Shown: positions 1 through 19,242 of the stretch, piece by piece
Position numbering within the stretch: position 1 is the stretch's first letter
Layout: every line of letters begins with the position of its first letter
NCBI RefSeq assembly: GCF_009914755.1
Contig: NC_060948.1
DNA from: the human T2T-CHM13v2.0 reference genome, Homo sapiens
DNA: 64,000 nt
Strand: one strand, 5' to 3'
Position numbers and translations under genes: made by a program
Notes under the pieces: model-generated
The model's database searches: none
Seen by the model: the letters and a program-made list of their open reading frames with translations, nothing else
Told to the model about the DNA's origin: nothing

Positions 1-613
1 AAAAAAGAGTAAAAAGAAATGAACAAAACCTCCAAGAAATAGGGGACTATGTGAAAAGACCAAATCTACATCTGATTGGTGTACCTGAAAATGATGGGGA
101 GAATGAAACCAAGTTGGAAAACACTCTGCAGGACATTACACAGGAGAACTCCCCCAACCTAGCAAGGCAGGTCAACATTCAAATTCAGGAAATACAGAGA
201 ACACCACAAAGATACTCCTCGAGAAGAGCAACTCCAAAACACATATAATCATCAGATTCACCAAAGTTGAAATGAAGGAAAAAATGCTAAGGGCAGCCAG
301 AGAGAAAGCTCGGATTACCCACAAAGGGAAGGCCATCAGACTAACAACTGATCTCTCAGCAGAAACTCTACTAGCCAGAAGAGAGTGGGGGCAAATGTTC
401 AACATTCTTAAAGAAAAGAATTTTCAACCCAGAATTTCTTATCCAGCCAAACTAAGCTTCATAAGTGAAGGAGAAATAAAATACTTTACAGAGAAGCAAA
501 TGCTGAGAGATTTTGTCACCACCAGGCCTGCCCTAAAAGAGCTCCTGAAGGAAGCAATGAACATGGAAAGGAAAAACCGGTACCAGACACTGAAAACACA
601 TGCCAAATTATAA
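1..613 (+). pseudogene. L1 ORF1p remnant (frameshifted, C-terminal part)
   Basis: ORFs 51-248 and 272-613 translate to L1 ORF1p in different frames; stop TAA at 611-613. Confidence 0.9.
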
Positions 614-673
614 AGACCATTGATGCTAGGAAGAAACAGCATCAACTAATGGGCAAAATAACCAGCTAACATC

Positions 674-4525
<3,852 letters not shown>

Positions 4526-4737
4526 ACAATGAGAATGCTTGGACACAAGAAGGGGAACTTCACTCACTTGGGCCTGTTGTGGGGTTGGGGGAGTGGGGAA
4601 GGATAGCATTAGGAGATATACCTTATGTAAATGATGAGTTAATGGGTGCAGCACACCAACGTGGCACATGTATACATATGTAACAAGCCTGAATGTTGTG
4701 CACATGTACCCTAGAACTTAAAGTATAATTTAAAAAA

Positions 4738-5468
4738 TTGCTTTGGGCAATATGGCCATTTTAGCAATATCGATTTTTCCAATCCATGAGCATGGAATGA
4801 GTAGAACATTTGTGTCATCTCTGACATCTTTGAGTCGTGATTTGTTATTCTCTTTGTAGAGAGCTTTCACCTGCCTGGTTAGATGTATTCCTAACTATTT
4901 TATTCTTTCTTTGGCTGTTGTGAATGGCATTCTATTCTTGATTTGGCTCTCAGCTTGGATGTTGCTCAGGTACAGGGATGCCATTTATGTTTGAACACTG
5001 ACTTTGTATCCTGAAACTTTGATGAAGTTGTTTCTCAGGCCTAAGAGACTTTGGGCAGAGTCTGTGATGGTTCCTACGTATAGAATCATATCAATTGCAA
5101 ACAAATTTTTTGCCATCATCTCTTCCTATTTGGATGCCTTTTATTTCATTCTCTTGCCTAATTGCTCTGGTAGGAATTCTAATAATATGTTGAATAGGAA
5201 CAGTGAAAGAATCCTTGCCATTTCCGTTTTCAAGCATAATGCTTCCAGGTTTTGCCCATTTAGTATGATGTTGGCTATGCATTTGCCATAGGTAGATCTT
5301 ATTATTTTGAGGTACGTACCTTCAATGCCTAGTTTGTTGAGTTGAGGGTTTTAAATCTGAAGGGATGTTGGGTTTCATCAAAAACCTTTTCTGAGATTTT
5401 TGAGATGATCATGTGGTTTCTGGTTTTAGTTCTGTATATGTGTACCACATTTTCTTTACCCATCAATC
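4738..5468 (-). mobile_element. Older LINE-1 (L1PB/L1PA-old type) ORF2 RT-region fragment, antisense; interrupted by the L1PA above
   Basis: TTGCTTTGGGCAATATGGCCATTTT...TATCCTGAAACTTTGATGAAGTTG is a diverged reverse complement of L1 ORF2. Confidence 0.85.
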
Positions 5469-7299
5469 TTCTTAGGGTAACACTGTTCTTTGAAGACATC
5501 TTTCTCTCCACTTTAAATATTTTTGCTAGAGGATCTTCAAGCCCTCTCCCTGAAGACATTGACTTACACTTCACTGAGAACATGAAAGCCATCAGAAGAG
5601 GGGTTGATCTCTAATTTATTAACCTGAAAGAATTATCTGTATTTGGACTTTGCCTGCTTCATATTTTAATAGATCAAATGTGACCACTTTTACCAAAGAA
5701 TTGCATCTCTATCTGGTTACAGATTTCTTTCTTGGTAGACTTCTTCATTCTTCACCATAGAAATGATATCATGTTCCTATTAACGATGAGTCTTTCTCTC
5801 TGTATTTTCCTCATGAGAAAACAAGCACACTCTCTTGAATCCAACATTAGAACATAGAAACTTCTGCAGTTTCATTTGTCATGTTCAGTACTGTCCTGTG
5901 TTTCTTTGCCTTCGCAAAGGAAATAATGTATCAAGAGAATTGTGTACTAACTCAGTGTTTCTACTCTCATTGTTTCCTTAAAAATGTTGAGTCATTCTAT
6001 GTCCTTTTTCAGCTTATATTGTCTCATTGCACTAATTGAAATATTGCACATATGTCTGTCTGTTCTGGTACATTTATTTTATATAACATGACAATAATCC
6101 ATCTGTTTCTGGATGGGTTTGTAGAATTTTCCATTAAATCCAACTCTTCCCGCTGTGATTTCTAAGGTTACATTAATCACATCTTTCTGTAATTAATTTT
6201 TGTATTCTGCCCATGTCTGTTATTATATTAGCTATTCCAATTCTTCTCAAATCAGACTTGATATTTGCTATTACTCTACATAACAATTCACAAGGGAAAC
6301 AGCATGGTTATTTATTCAGAACTATACTTTGAATAAGGGCCCTGGTCAGTATTCGAAAACCAACTCTCTTAGAAGAGACTCACTTAACAAGGAGCTATCA
6401 ATAGCTCCACTTTACATAAAAAATAAAGTCCAGGCAGCTTGGAAGGACTTGGAAAAATCAATGGTAGTTAATCCATGCAGGCAGTAAATCCAGGCACCTC
6501 TGTGATTTGTCCCAAATCCACCTTGCTGCACAGTCTCCACACCCTAGTCTCCATCTTTTAGGGCTATGTTCAGATGGACACCATTGGAGCAGAGAATTAT
6601 GGTAACATACAAAGAGAGCAACCATAAATATTTACTGAATGAATGGATAGGAGCTTGGGAAATGAATCATGTCAATCACATGACCTCCAGCGGTGACACC
6701 TTTATGATATCACCTGCAAATAGAGAATCCTGAAGTATTTATTGTGTAGGTAAACTATGTATTAAAAATCATATGATAGTGCCTGGCATTTATTGATCAA
6801 ATGATAATAAAGAGTATTACCTTTGAATACCTTTATGCCTTCTCTCCCTAAATATTTCTATTTTGATTGTCCAGTAAAAGACTCAGGTTATTCAATAATC
6901 TCAGTTGAAACCAATTTATCTAACCATTAGGCTTCCTTAAACATGCCTTTCCAAAGTTCTTAGAGCTAATTTTTTTAATTGTCTGGTTATGACCCTCTTC
7001 ATGAATAAATATGATTTTGGAGGGCATTGGTCAAGTTTTCTTCATTATAGTTATAATTATATCACTGATGGTGTTGTTATATTAGGCATGAATTTGCTTT
7101 TAATGATAGAGTGTTTGGATAAATAAATGAGGACCATTTGAGGTAATAAAATATGAGATTTATAGACTACAAAAAGCTTGTTTACAGAATGGGTACATTT
7201 GATTGTTAAGCTGATTCCATTATTGCATGTAATTGGTTACTATATATATTTATCTATACTGATTTGATCAATATAACTACAAATATATACATTCTATAT

Positions 7300-8640
<1,341 letters not shown>

Positions 8641-11254
8641 ATCATAGGCAAGATAGAACTCATAGGCACTGGCCAAGCTACAATCCACAGATGACCTCTC
8701 TCTCTCTCTCTTTCTTTCTCTTCTTTGTTTATTCTGTATGCAAAAAGTAGAAATAATAGTTGTCCAGAAACATAAACTTGAGCAATGATCTACCCAGATC
8801 TCTTGTTTCCTGAATTTCTTTTCTACTTTTATGAAATATGTTATCATCTATACCAGAGCCTCCAAGTTCTCAAGCCAAATAAGGACTGGTGTCTCGGGCA
8901 TCTTAGACATCCTTGTGTCCAACTTAGATGAAGGAGATTTCTACTGACCTTAAAATCGCCCCACCTGTGTGGAAAGATCTAGACTATGGTGAGAGACAGC
9001 TTTGAAAAATAAAGACACAAATAGCAGTGAGCTGAAAAGAACAAAACATTTGATATTTACTATTTGAGATAGAATTTTAGTATGTGGTTTTAAAATTTAC
9101 ATTCTCTGTAAAACTCATAGAAAAGAGTGAACACTGTTTGTTTATTCCGCTTTTCCATTTCATTCTTTCCTATTTCATTCTGTTTATTCAAATTCATTCT
9201 TGATTTCATTCTTTTTTTCCTTCCTTTTATTCTACCTCAATTTATTTGTTTTTTTGAGTTAGAATGAAACTAAGTATTGAGAGAACAGAAAGAACTGAAG
9301 AAACTGCTAATCAAATGATAATTTCTCTTTACATTTGCTTAACAGAAATGTCTAATAGATACACAACAGTGAACAAGGGCCATTGATGTTGTAATTCACT
9401 AAATGCAGAGCTTGAAGTTTGGGAGTAGAAGTTTCTATATTAAAATGGGAAAGACTCCTTCTTTCTGGTATTTCTGGGTCCTAAATCCAGATGATTATAG
9501 CTTGCTCATTTTTACTTAATGCTCAGCATAATCAATAAAATTATAGCCAGTTTTCTATAACTGACTAAATAAATACATTTTGATGAATCATTAGAACTGT
9601 TATATAAAAAATAGTAAACAGGCCAATTATTTTTACTAACACAGAGTTTGATCTTGGGATAATATGCAAACGCTATCTTTACAAGTATAGAAGATCCAGA
9701 TAAACATGAAGAGCTGAAAGAACTCATAAAACTGTCCCATATTAAATATTACAACTATCTCTGGTTTAAGTTCATTCTATGTGCTAAAAATGTAATATTT
9801 GGAAATAATTGCCTGTCAATGGTTACAGTAGTCAAATTACCTTTCTTAATAATCAACTAAAAACTGTTGATCTTAACAAAGGGTAATTAATATTGGTTCT
9901 CTCTTGTGCTAACATAAATTTATGGGAGTGGCCATTTCTTGCCAGTATAAATGACTCAAAAATGAACCAGTAAGCCACATGAATCTAACATGGAGAAGCA
10001 CTAAGCCATCTCTGAGAAATTATTTTGGACACTATTTAAATACTGACAGGCAGATGCTGAAATGCAAAATGAGTGGTTAGCTTGTTCGGTGCAATTCGTA
10101 ATCATTTTGAAATGCCATGTAGCCCTTGTAAAAATAAGCATTTTCCTGTAACAATCTTAAGGTGCAGTCAGAGCTTGAGGGTTTTTTCCTTGTTGTTTTG
10201 TTTGTTTTGGATTACTGTGTTAAGAAAACCATTTCACTTGGATGCATTAAAACATTTGTATACTTTACTGCTCAATGCTTAAAAGTATGAGTAGCTAGTG
10301 TTATGTCAACATTGAATAAAAGTCATTTAAGGCTTCTATCTTCAATAGCAAATAGCAGCTTACTTTCTTAGGTATATGAATATCACATTTTATTAATATA
10401 TCTTTTAAAGAACACAGTAACACAATTCAATTTTCACTCCCTCCTTCCATTCTTCAAAGATTTTATTTTGATTATAAAGTGCATACATCTTTTAAGTGGT
10501 CCAATGATAACACAATACTTACCCCAGATCTTCTATGATGATATTCCTATCTTCCACTTATAGCCCCATATTAGAAACTGCCTGATAAAATATCAATGGG
10601 CATTCTCGTATCTCAAACACATAAACTCTGTCAGCCATTATTGATACAGTATTTCTCTTTCAGAGGAATTATTATTATTATTTTAAATATTAAGTATTGA
10701 TAATTACATGTATGTATATTTTATATACTTTTATATACAATATTGCATACATACTTTATCAAGTTTTTTTAATATCAGTCTTTTCAACTGTCATGAGTTT
10801 TCTTTAACTATCTGTGGTTAATACAAGATAAAAATATACAATCATCTCAATAATAATTTACAAAATGCATAAGACAGTTTCTGAACATAGAAAGCACCAT
10901 ATATTTCTTTACAGGAGCTCTATGTTCACAGTGGTTTTGTAACACTTTGAAGGTCACACATTGTAGTAAAGCTCTGAGATGTCGCTTTCCATTAAACCAA
11001 ATGACCAAGCTTTGTGGCATAGGATAAATGTGAGATGCATGATGATAGCAAATACTTAGCAAGGAGAGATGGGTCATGTTTGGAGAAGAAAACCAGGGAC
11101 ATTTCCTCACACTGGTGTGAAAGAAATCTGATGGACAGAAGATAGAGACAGAGAGAGAAGTGAGAGAGGGCAGTGGAGCTGGGTGGCCACCATGCTGATG
11201 GGGAATACTCTTTGTTGGAAATTTTATAAAGGACTTGTAAGAGCTGAGCATTCA

Positions 11255-11690
11255 CTCTCCACATACCTTGCTACCTCTCTCTACCCTTTCCTTCTCTCCC
11301 TTCTCTCCCTTCTTTCCCTTCCTTCCTTCCTTCCCTCCTGCCTTCCTTCCTTCTTTTCCTTCCCTCCTTCCTTCCTCCTTCCCTCCTTCTCTCCCTCCCT
11401 CGCTCTTTCTCTCACCTTTCCTTCTTTCATCCTTCCTCTCTTCCTCTTTTCTTTTTTCTTGGTTATCTTTCATTCCCTCCCTCCCTCCCTACACCCATCC
11501 CTCCTTTCTTCTCTTCCTCCCTCCCTCCCTTCCTTCCTTCCTTTTCTTCTTTCCATTCTCTTTATCTCTCCCTTTCTCTGTTCTCCTTCCTTTCTACCCT
11601 CCCTTCCTCTCTTCCGTCCCTCCTTTCTTCTTTCCTCAATTCCTTTTCCTTTCTTTCTTCCCCTTCCTCCCCACCTCCTTCCCTCAACCC
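11255..11690. repeat. CT-rich polypyrimidine tract with (CCTT)n/(CCCT)n units, adjoining an AluJ tail
   Basis: About 435 bp that is almost exclusively C/T on the + strand. Confidence 0.9.
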
Positions 11691-11693
11691 CCA

Positions 11694-11956
11694 TTTTTTG
11701 AGACAGTCTTCCTTTATTGCTCAGGCTGGAGAACGGTGGTGCCATCATGGCTCCCTGTGCAGCCTTGACCTTCTGAGCTCAAGTAGCTCGGACTACAGTT
11801 GTGCACCAACACACCTGACTAAATTTTTTCATTTTTAGTAGAGACAAGTTCTTGCTATGTTGCCCAGGCTAGTACCCAATGCCTGAGCCCTAGTCATTCT
11901 CCTGCCTCAACTTCCCAAAATGCTGAGATAACAGGCATGAGCCATGGTGCCTGGCC
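11694..11956 (-). mobile_element. AluJ-like SINE with internal deletion
   Basis: TTTTTGAGACAGTCTT...GCTATGTTGCCCAGGCT...ATGAGCCATGGTGCCTGGCC. Confidence 0.85.
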
Positions 11957-12619
11957 CTGCCTCACTTCCCTCTGTCTCTTCACTGCCTGTCTTTTCTGTG
12001 TTTTGTTTTCTCAAAACCACCTAAAATTTCTTACGTTGCCATTGCTAAGTCTCTTTAACAGGAGTGCATTTCCTGTTTATCTTTGTATACATTCTCTTTC
12101 TCATGTTTTAAACATTTTCACAGAGTTCATATGTATTTCTTTTATTAAGCTGGAACTTTAGATAATCTCTACAAGACAGTGTTTGTAAACCATTAGATAT
12201 GACAACTGATCAAATGTTTAATATGCCAAAAGTTATGGCTACTGTCCATTCAGACACCAACAACATTTTAGACTTGTATCTTCAACTTCACTGCAAATTC
12301 ATGTGCACAGTGTCTCACATGGTGTGTGGACTTTTTCACAACTGGGTGGTTATGAGCCTGATTATCTATCCTTCTCAACATGTGGTCATTTAAGTACTAG
12401 AAACAAAACAAAACAAAATGAATAATCCCTGGCTGCCTGAAAAAATAGCTAATGTGTATCCTTTTCTTAAAAGTGATTCATGGGGAATAATAATGCACAG
12501 AGTTACTATCCTCAGTGAACTTCTGTTTCTCAACCCCCTACTCATTCAATGCATACTTGAGGGCAATATGTTTTTATCTGAAACCTAACCTGTTTTTTAT
12601 GTGTTCTGTTTTATTATCA

Positions 12620-12697
12620 GTATCTATGTATTTATCATATTTATCGTATCTATCTATCATCTATCTATCTATCTATCTAACCATCTATCTGTCTATC
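12620..12697. repeat. Short (TATC)n tract
   Basis: TATCTATCTATCATCTATCTATCTATCTATCTA. Confidence 0.8.
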
Positions 12698-13429
12698 CTT
12701 CTTCTGTTGTTTGGTTGAGTTCAGAACTGTTTAGGAAGAAATACCTTTCTTTGGTAGTCTCTACCCTCATGAAATAACAGTTTGCTGTTAAGTAATAAGC
12801 CACACTTTTTGGAAGGTGTTCCACACTCAGAACCTTTTGGATGCAAAAAGGTCAGTGAATTGTATAAACCTTCTTCACACTTTCCATCTCCTCTAATTTG
12901 TGTTTCCAAATGCTGAGTCTGAATAGATTAACTATCATTTCTCAATCTGGCTAATTAGTGCATATAAGTAATTAATATTCTTACTTTCTAAATGCTATGA
13001 GTTTTTCACAGTCCCTCCCATGTATTGTAACACTCCCATGTATTATAACTGCCATGTATTTATAATATGTGTTATCTTTACTATAATTATAACGTGTATT
13101 ATAAATGTGGCTATTGTCATAACCACATTTTTAATTAAGATAAGCAATATCCATGAAAATAATATTTTATACATCACTGTGTTTGATGGCCTTCTCCCAA
13201 ATTCTGATCAAAATGCCTGCAAAAATACAAGTGAAAAATCCAAATAGCTACAAAATGTAACTATTATTTATGTATGAAATCTGAGAGAGAAATATAAAAT
13301 ATATATGTATGTTATTAAAAGGTCTGTGGGGCATATTTATTTTGTAGTCAGATATGTATGTAAAACCATTGAATGTACACATGTCAGAGAAAACTCAGTG
13401 TGGAACAGAGAGAAATATTCTCTTCAAAA

Positions 13430-14390
13430 TATTTTTAATGGATACATCATAGTTGTACATATTTATGGGATACTTGTGATATTTGATAGAAGCATACAAG
13501 GTATAATGATCAAATCTGGGTAAGTGGGATATCAATTACCACCAACATTTGTCATCACTGTGTGTTGGGAACATTTCAAATATACTCTTCTGTCAATTTT
13601 GAAATATAAAATAAATCGTTAATTATATTCATCCTATTGTACTACCAAGCACCAGATTTTATTTCTTCTACCTAACAGTATTTTTGTAACTTATTAACCA
13701 CCCCCTTTTTCTTCTGTCTCCTCACTACCCTCTTCACCCACTGGTGACCACTATTCTACTCTCCACCTCCGTAAGATCCACTTTTGTAGCTTCCACATGT
13801 GATTGAAAACATGCAGAATGTGTGCTTCTCTGCCTGGATTATTTTACTTAACATAATGTCCTCCAGTTCTAGCCATGTTGTTGCAAATGACAGAATATCT
13901 TTTTTTTTTTCCAAAGGTGGAATAGTAATTCATTGTGAATATATACTACATTTTATTTATCCATTCACCCACTGACAGATATTTATGTTGATTTTGCATG
14001 TTAGCTATTGGGAATAGTGCAGCAATATGAGTATAAGTAGATTAACCATCATTTCTTAAGCTGGCTAATCAGTGCATATAATTAATGATTCATATTCATA
14101 GTTTCTAAATGCTATGAGTTTTTCCCAATTTCTCACCTGTATTATAACACTTCATTATCACAACCACATTTTCATATTGAGATCGACAATATGAATGAAA
14201 ATAATATTTCACACATCACTGTCTTTGATATATGCTGCATTACAAGCATGGGGGTGCAGGTATCCCTTTGATATATTGCTTTTCTTTCTTTTGGATAAAT
14301 ATCCAGCAGGTGGATTGCTGGATCATATGGTAGCAATATTGTTAGTGTTTGGAGGTAGCTCTCTGCTGATTTCCATGGAGGCTGTACTAG
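13430..14390 (-). mobile_element. L1MA4/L1MA5-like 3' end, antisense, interrupted at about 14028-14229
   Basis: GTTGTACATATTTATGGGATAC, TTACTTAACATAATGTCCTCCAG and GGATTGCTGGATCATATGGTAG are L1MA antisense motifs. Confidence 0.8.
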
Positions 14391-14782
14391 GGATGCCAAG
14401 GAGAAAGGAAGAGCGGTGTCTCCTCTCAAGGTTGCATAAGTGAATCAATGACTTGGTGATGAGTGAGGTGTGGTTTTCGAAGGCCAATAATCTTATTTGG
14501 AGACCACCACGGTCATAGAACAATTTCTGTTAACTGAATGCAATAAGGTATATCTTCGAATGGTGATAAAATACACTATCTGATATACTTTGCATCAACC
14601 ACTCATGAGGTTGGACAATGGGTGTCACCCAGTTTAGAAATTTGTTTCAGACTTAAAGACTTGCAGTGGACACTTTAATACTCTAGGCAGAGGCTCCTCC
14701 TGTACCTACATGGCGTGATGCTTCCCTTCACCCCAGGCCTTTCAATTCAGTGTCTATGAGGGTGGTTTAAGAGCATTCTCCT

Positions 14783-15198
14783 GGCTGGGACTGGTGGCTT
14801 AGGCCTGTTGTCCCAGCACTTTGGGAGGCCAAAACAGGTGGATCAACTGAGGTCAGGAGTTTGGGACGAGCCGGCCAACATGGCAAAACCCCATCTCTAC
14901 TAAAAACACCAAAATCAGTTGTATTGCTTATATTATATTAGTTGTATTTCTTATATTATTAGGTGTGGTGGTGTACCTTTACCCTAAACTACTTGGGAAG
15001 CTGAGGCAGAAGAATCATTTCAACCTGGGAGGTGGAGAGATTGTGCCACTAGAAGCCAGCCTGGGCAACAGAGCAAGACCCTGTCAACAACAACAACAAA
15101 AAAAAAAAAAAATAAAGAAAGAGAGAAAGAAAGGAACAAAGAAAAGAAGAAGGAAAGAAAGGAAGTAGGAAAGAAAGGAAGTAGGAAAGAAAGAAGGA

Positions 15199-15250
<52 letters not shown>

Positions 15251-15365
15251 GAAAGAAAGAAAGAAAGGAAGAAAGGAAGGAAGGAAGGAAGGAAGGAAAG
15301 AGGGAGGGAGGGAGGGAGGGAAGGAAGGGAGGGAAAGTGAAAGCAAGCAAGCAAGCAAGCAAGCA
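14783..15365 (+). mobile_element. AluS-like SINE with an expanded compound STR tail
   Basis: Alu body 14783 to about 15085; TSD AGCATTCT at 14772-14779 and 15366-15373 encloses the whole tail. Confidence 0.88.
15086..15365. repeat. Compound STR (CAA)n-An-(GAAA)n-(GGAA)n-(GGGA)n-(GCAA)n
   Basis: Direct reading; pure GAAA run at about 15197-15248. Confidence 0.92.
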
Positions 15366-15501
15366 AGCATTCTTCGTATCAAAACTTCTGCGTACAAGTG
15401 TTCTCCTGAAATTCTATTTCCCAGGGAACCCTAAGATCAGGGTAGTGTGAATAACTCTATGGTAAATAAGTATATGATTTTAAATAACTGTATGATTTTA
15501 A

Positions 15502-16128
<627 letters not shown>

Positions 16129-16524
16129 ATATTTTTATATAACTATTTATCCTCAGCTTCGGCTGCCATTACAAAGTTTCACAGACCGGGCTGCTTGAAC
16201 AAAAGACATTTATTTTCCTTGAACCCTAATACCAGCCTAGTGTAAATAACTTTATGATTTTAAAATGCGTTTTCTTTTCATATAATTAGTTATGCTTATA
16301 GTATTATTAGTCAGCTTGGGCTTCCATAACAAAGTCCCACAGACCGCACTCCTTGAACAACAGACATTTATTTTCTCACAGTCCTGGAGGCTGGAAGCCA
16401 AGACCAAGGTGTGGGCAAGGCTGGTTCCTTCTCAGGCCTCTCTCTTTGGCATGTAGAGACCATCTTCTTCCTATGACTTTGTATGATCATCCATCTGTGT
16501 ACGGTGTCTGTGTCCTAATCTTGA

Positions 16525-17233
<709 letters not shown>

Positions 17234-17649
17234 GTCAATCTTCTTTTCTTATAAGGACAGCAGTTCTATTGGTTCAAGGCCCACCCTAGTGACTTTATTT
17301 TACCTTAATCCCCTTTCAAAGACCCTATTTACAAATATAGCCAACATAAGGAGGTCTTAGGGGTTAGGATTTCAAAATACACGTTATTCCTGGGAACACA
17401 ATTCATTCCATAGCGCCTAAGAATGACTAAAATGTCTTTTTGAATTTCCAGTTTTCCTACCATATTTTAAGACACTGCATCCTTTGTCGGAAAAAAAAAA
17501 AAAGATTAAGAAGAGCATTGAAAGGAGATTTCAAAGTAGGACTGTAAAGAAATAATGCAACTTATAATTTTACTATCAATTATTTTCTATATAATATGTT
17601 TATATAATATTTTCACATATATATGTACACAGATTAGTGTACATGGACT

Positions 17650-18342
17650 ACCTAATCATCCTTTATCTACCATCTATCTATGTACCTATTAGTCTATTAA
17701 TTATCTATCTATAATCTATCTACACTATGTATGTATGTATGTATCTATCTATCCATCTATCACCTGTCTACCTATCTATGTATCCCTCTACCTTATGTAT
17801 CTACCTATCTTATCTATTTACATCTTTCAGCCTACCTATCTACCTCTCTAATCTATGTATCCATCTAATCTATGTACCCATCTACCCATTTATCTATCTG
17901 CTACCTATGCTGTTTATCTATCATCTATCTACCTGTCTAATCTATCTGTGTATGTATGTATGTATGTATGTATCTATCTATCTCCTGTCTATCTATGTAT
18001 ATATCCCTCTACCTTATCTATCTATCTACCTATTTTATCTATTTACATTTGTCAGCCTACCTATCTAACTCTCTAATCTATGTATCTATCTGGTCTATGT
18101 ACCTACCTACCCATTTATCTATCTGCTACCTATGCTGCTTATCTATCATCTATCTACCTGTCTAATCTAGCTGTGTATCTATGTATCTATGTATCTATCT
18201 ATCTATCTATCATCTATTAATCTATCATCTATCTAATCTATCTTTTTATCCACTAATCCATTTACTATCTATCATCTATCTTTCATCTATCAAACTATGT
18301 ACTCATCCATCTATTTATATCTATCTATGTATCTATCAATCT
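17650..18342. repeat. Degenerate (TATC)/(TATG) tract containing a ~225 bp tandem duplication
   Basis: Direct reading. Confidence 0.88.
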
Positions 18343-18845
18343 ACACTGGAATATTATTCAGCATTATAAAAAATGCAATCTTCCCATTTGCCATAGCATG
18401 AATGGACCTGGAGGACCATATACTAAGGGAAATAAACAAGATGCAGAAAGAAAATATTACATGATCTCACCCCTATGTATAAGCTAAAACAAACAACCAA
18501 TCAAACAAAAAATAGTCAAAGATACAGAAATAGGGTATAAAACTGTGAATATCAGAGGCAAGGCTCTAGAGGAAATTGTGGAGATGTAGCTCAAAGGATA
18601 CAAAGAATCAGATATGTCGAATTAATAGAAAGGTAATGTATATCACGAAGTCTACTGCGAATAAAATTGCATTTTATTAGAGATTTTGTCAAACAAGTAG
18701 ATTTTAGCTGATCCCGTCACTAAACTATAACTGTGTAAGATGATAGGTATGTTAGTTTGCTTCACTATGGTAACCAACTTATTATCTGTTGGTATCCCAT
18801 AACCTCATTATGTTATCCTTAAATATACAAAATTAAATATATTTA
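18343..18845 (+). mobile_element. L1MA5-like 3' end
   Basis: GGAATATTATTCAGC...ATGGACCTGGAGGAC...GTAGATTTTAGCTG...TATCCCATAAC...CCTTAAATATACA. Confidence 0.78.
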
Positions 18846-19113
18846 AAATAAAATACTGTTTTTAAAAAAACCACAAGGGCACTGGACATATAAGGATCCA
18901 AGAAGGTGAAAATGATACAGACAGCGACAAGAGGAGCAATAATGTTCTGTAGGTAGCTGTCGAACATGTGCGTTTCCTCTTTCCAGGATTGTATTTCACA
19001 CATGCTTGGGGGATCTTTCTCTGTATGTACACTGCTACGATTTTCAAATATTTCCCCCTTAACAGTGCCCACACCTATTTTCTTTAGTGTAATGAATTGA
19101 AACAATATTTCCT

Positions 19114-19242
19114 GGACAGGCACATGGTGGTTCACACCTGTAATCCCAGCAGGAGACTAAGAAGGGAGCATCACTTGAGGCCAGGAGTTCACTACTAACC
19201 TGGCCAACATAGCAAGATCCCATATCTGCAAAAAATAAAAAA
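19114..19242 (+). mobile_element. FLAM / Alu monomer
   Basis: Single Alu arm plus A tail; TSD GAAACAATATTTCCTG/GAAACAATGTTTCCTG. Confidence 0.85.

Noticed and set aside
11183-11768. Leu/Ser/Pro/Phe-rich and Arg/Glu/Gly/Lys-rich ORFs
   Set aside because: Translations of the CT-rich tract. The ORFs at 15020-15397, 17727-18369 and 38375-38861 are likewise simple-repeat artefacts.
18833-19135. Non-repeat minus-strand ORFs as a possible host exon
   Set aside because: No recognisable protein similarity or supporting splice structure; one ORF starts within a FLAM.
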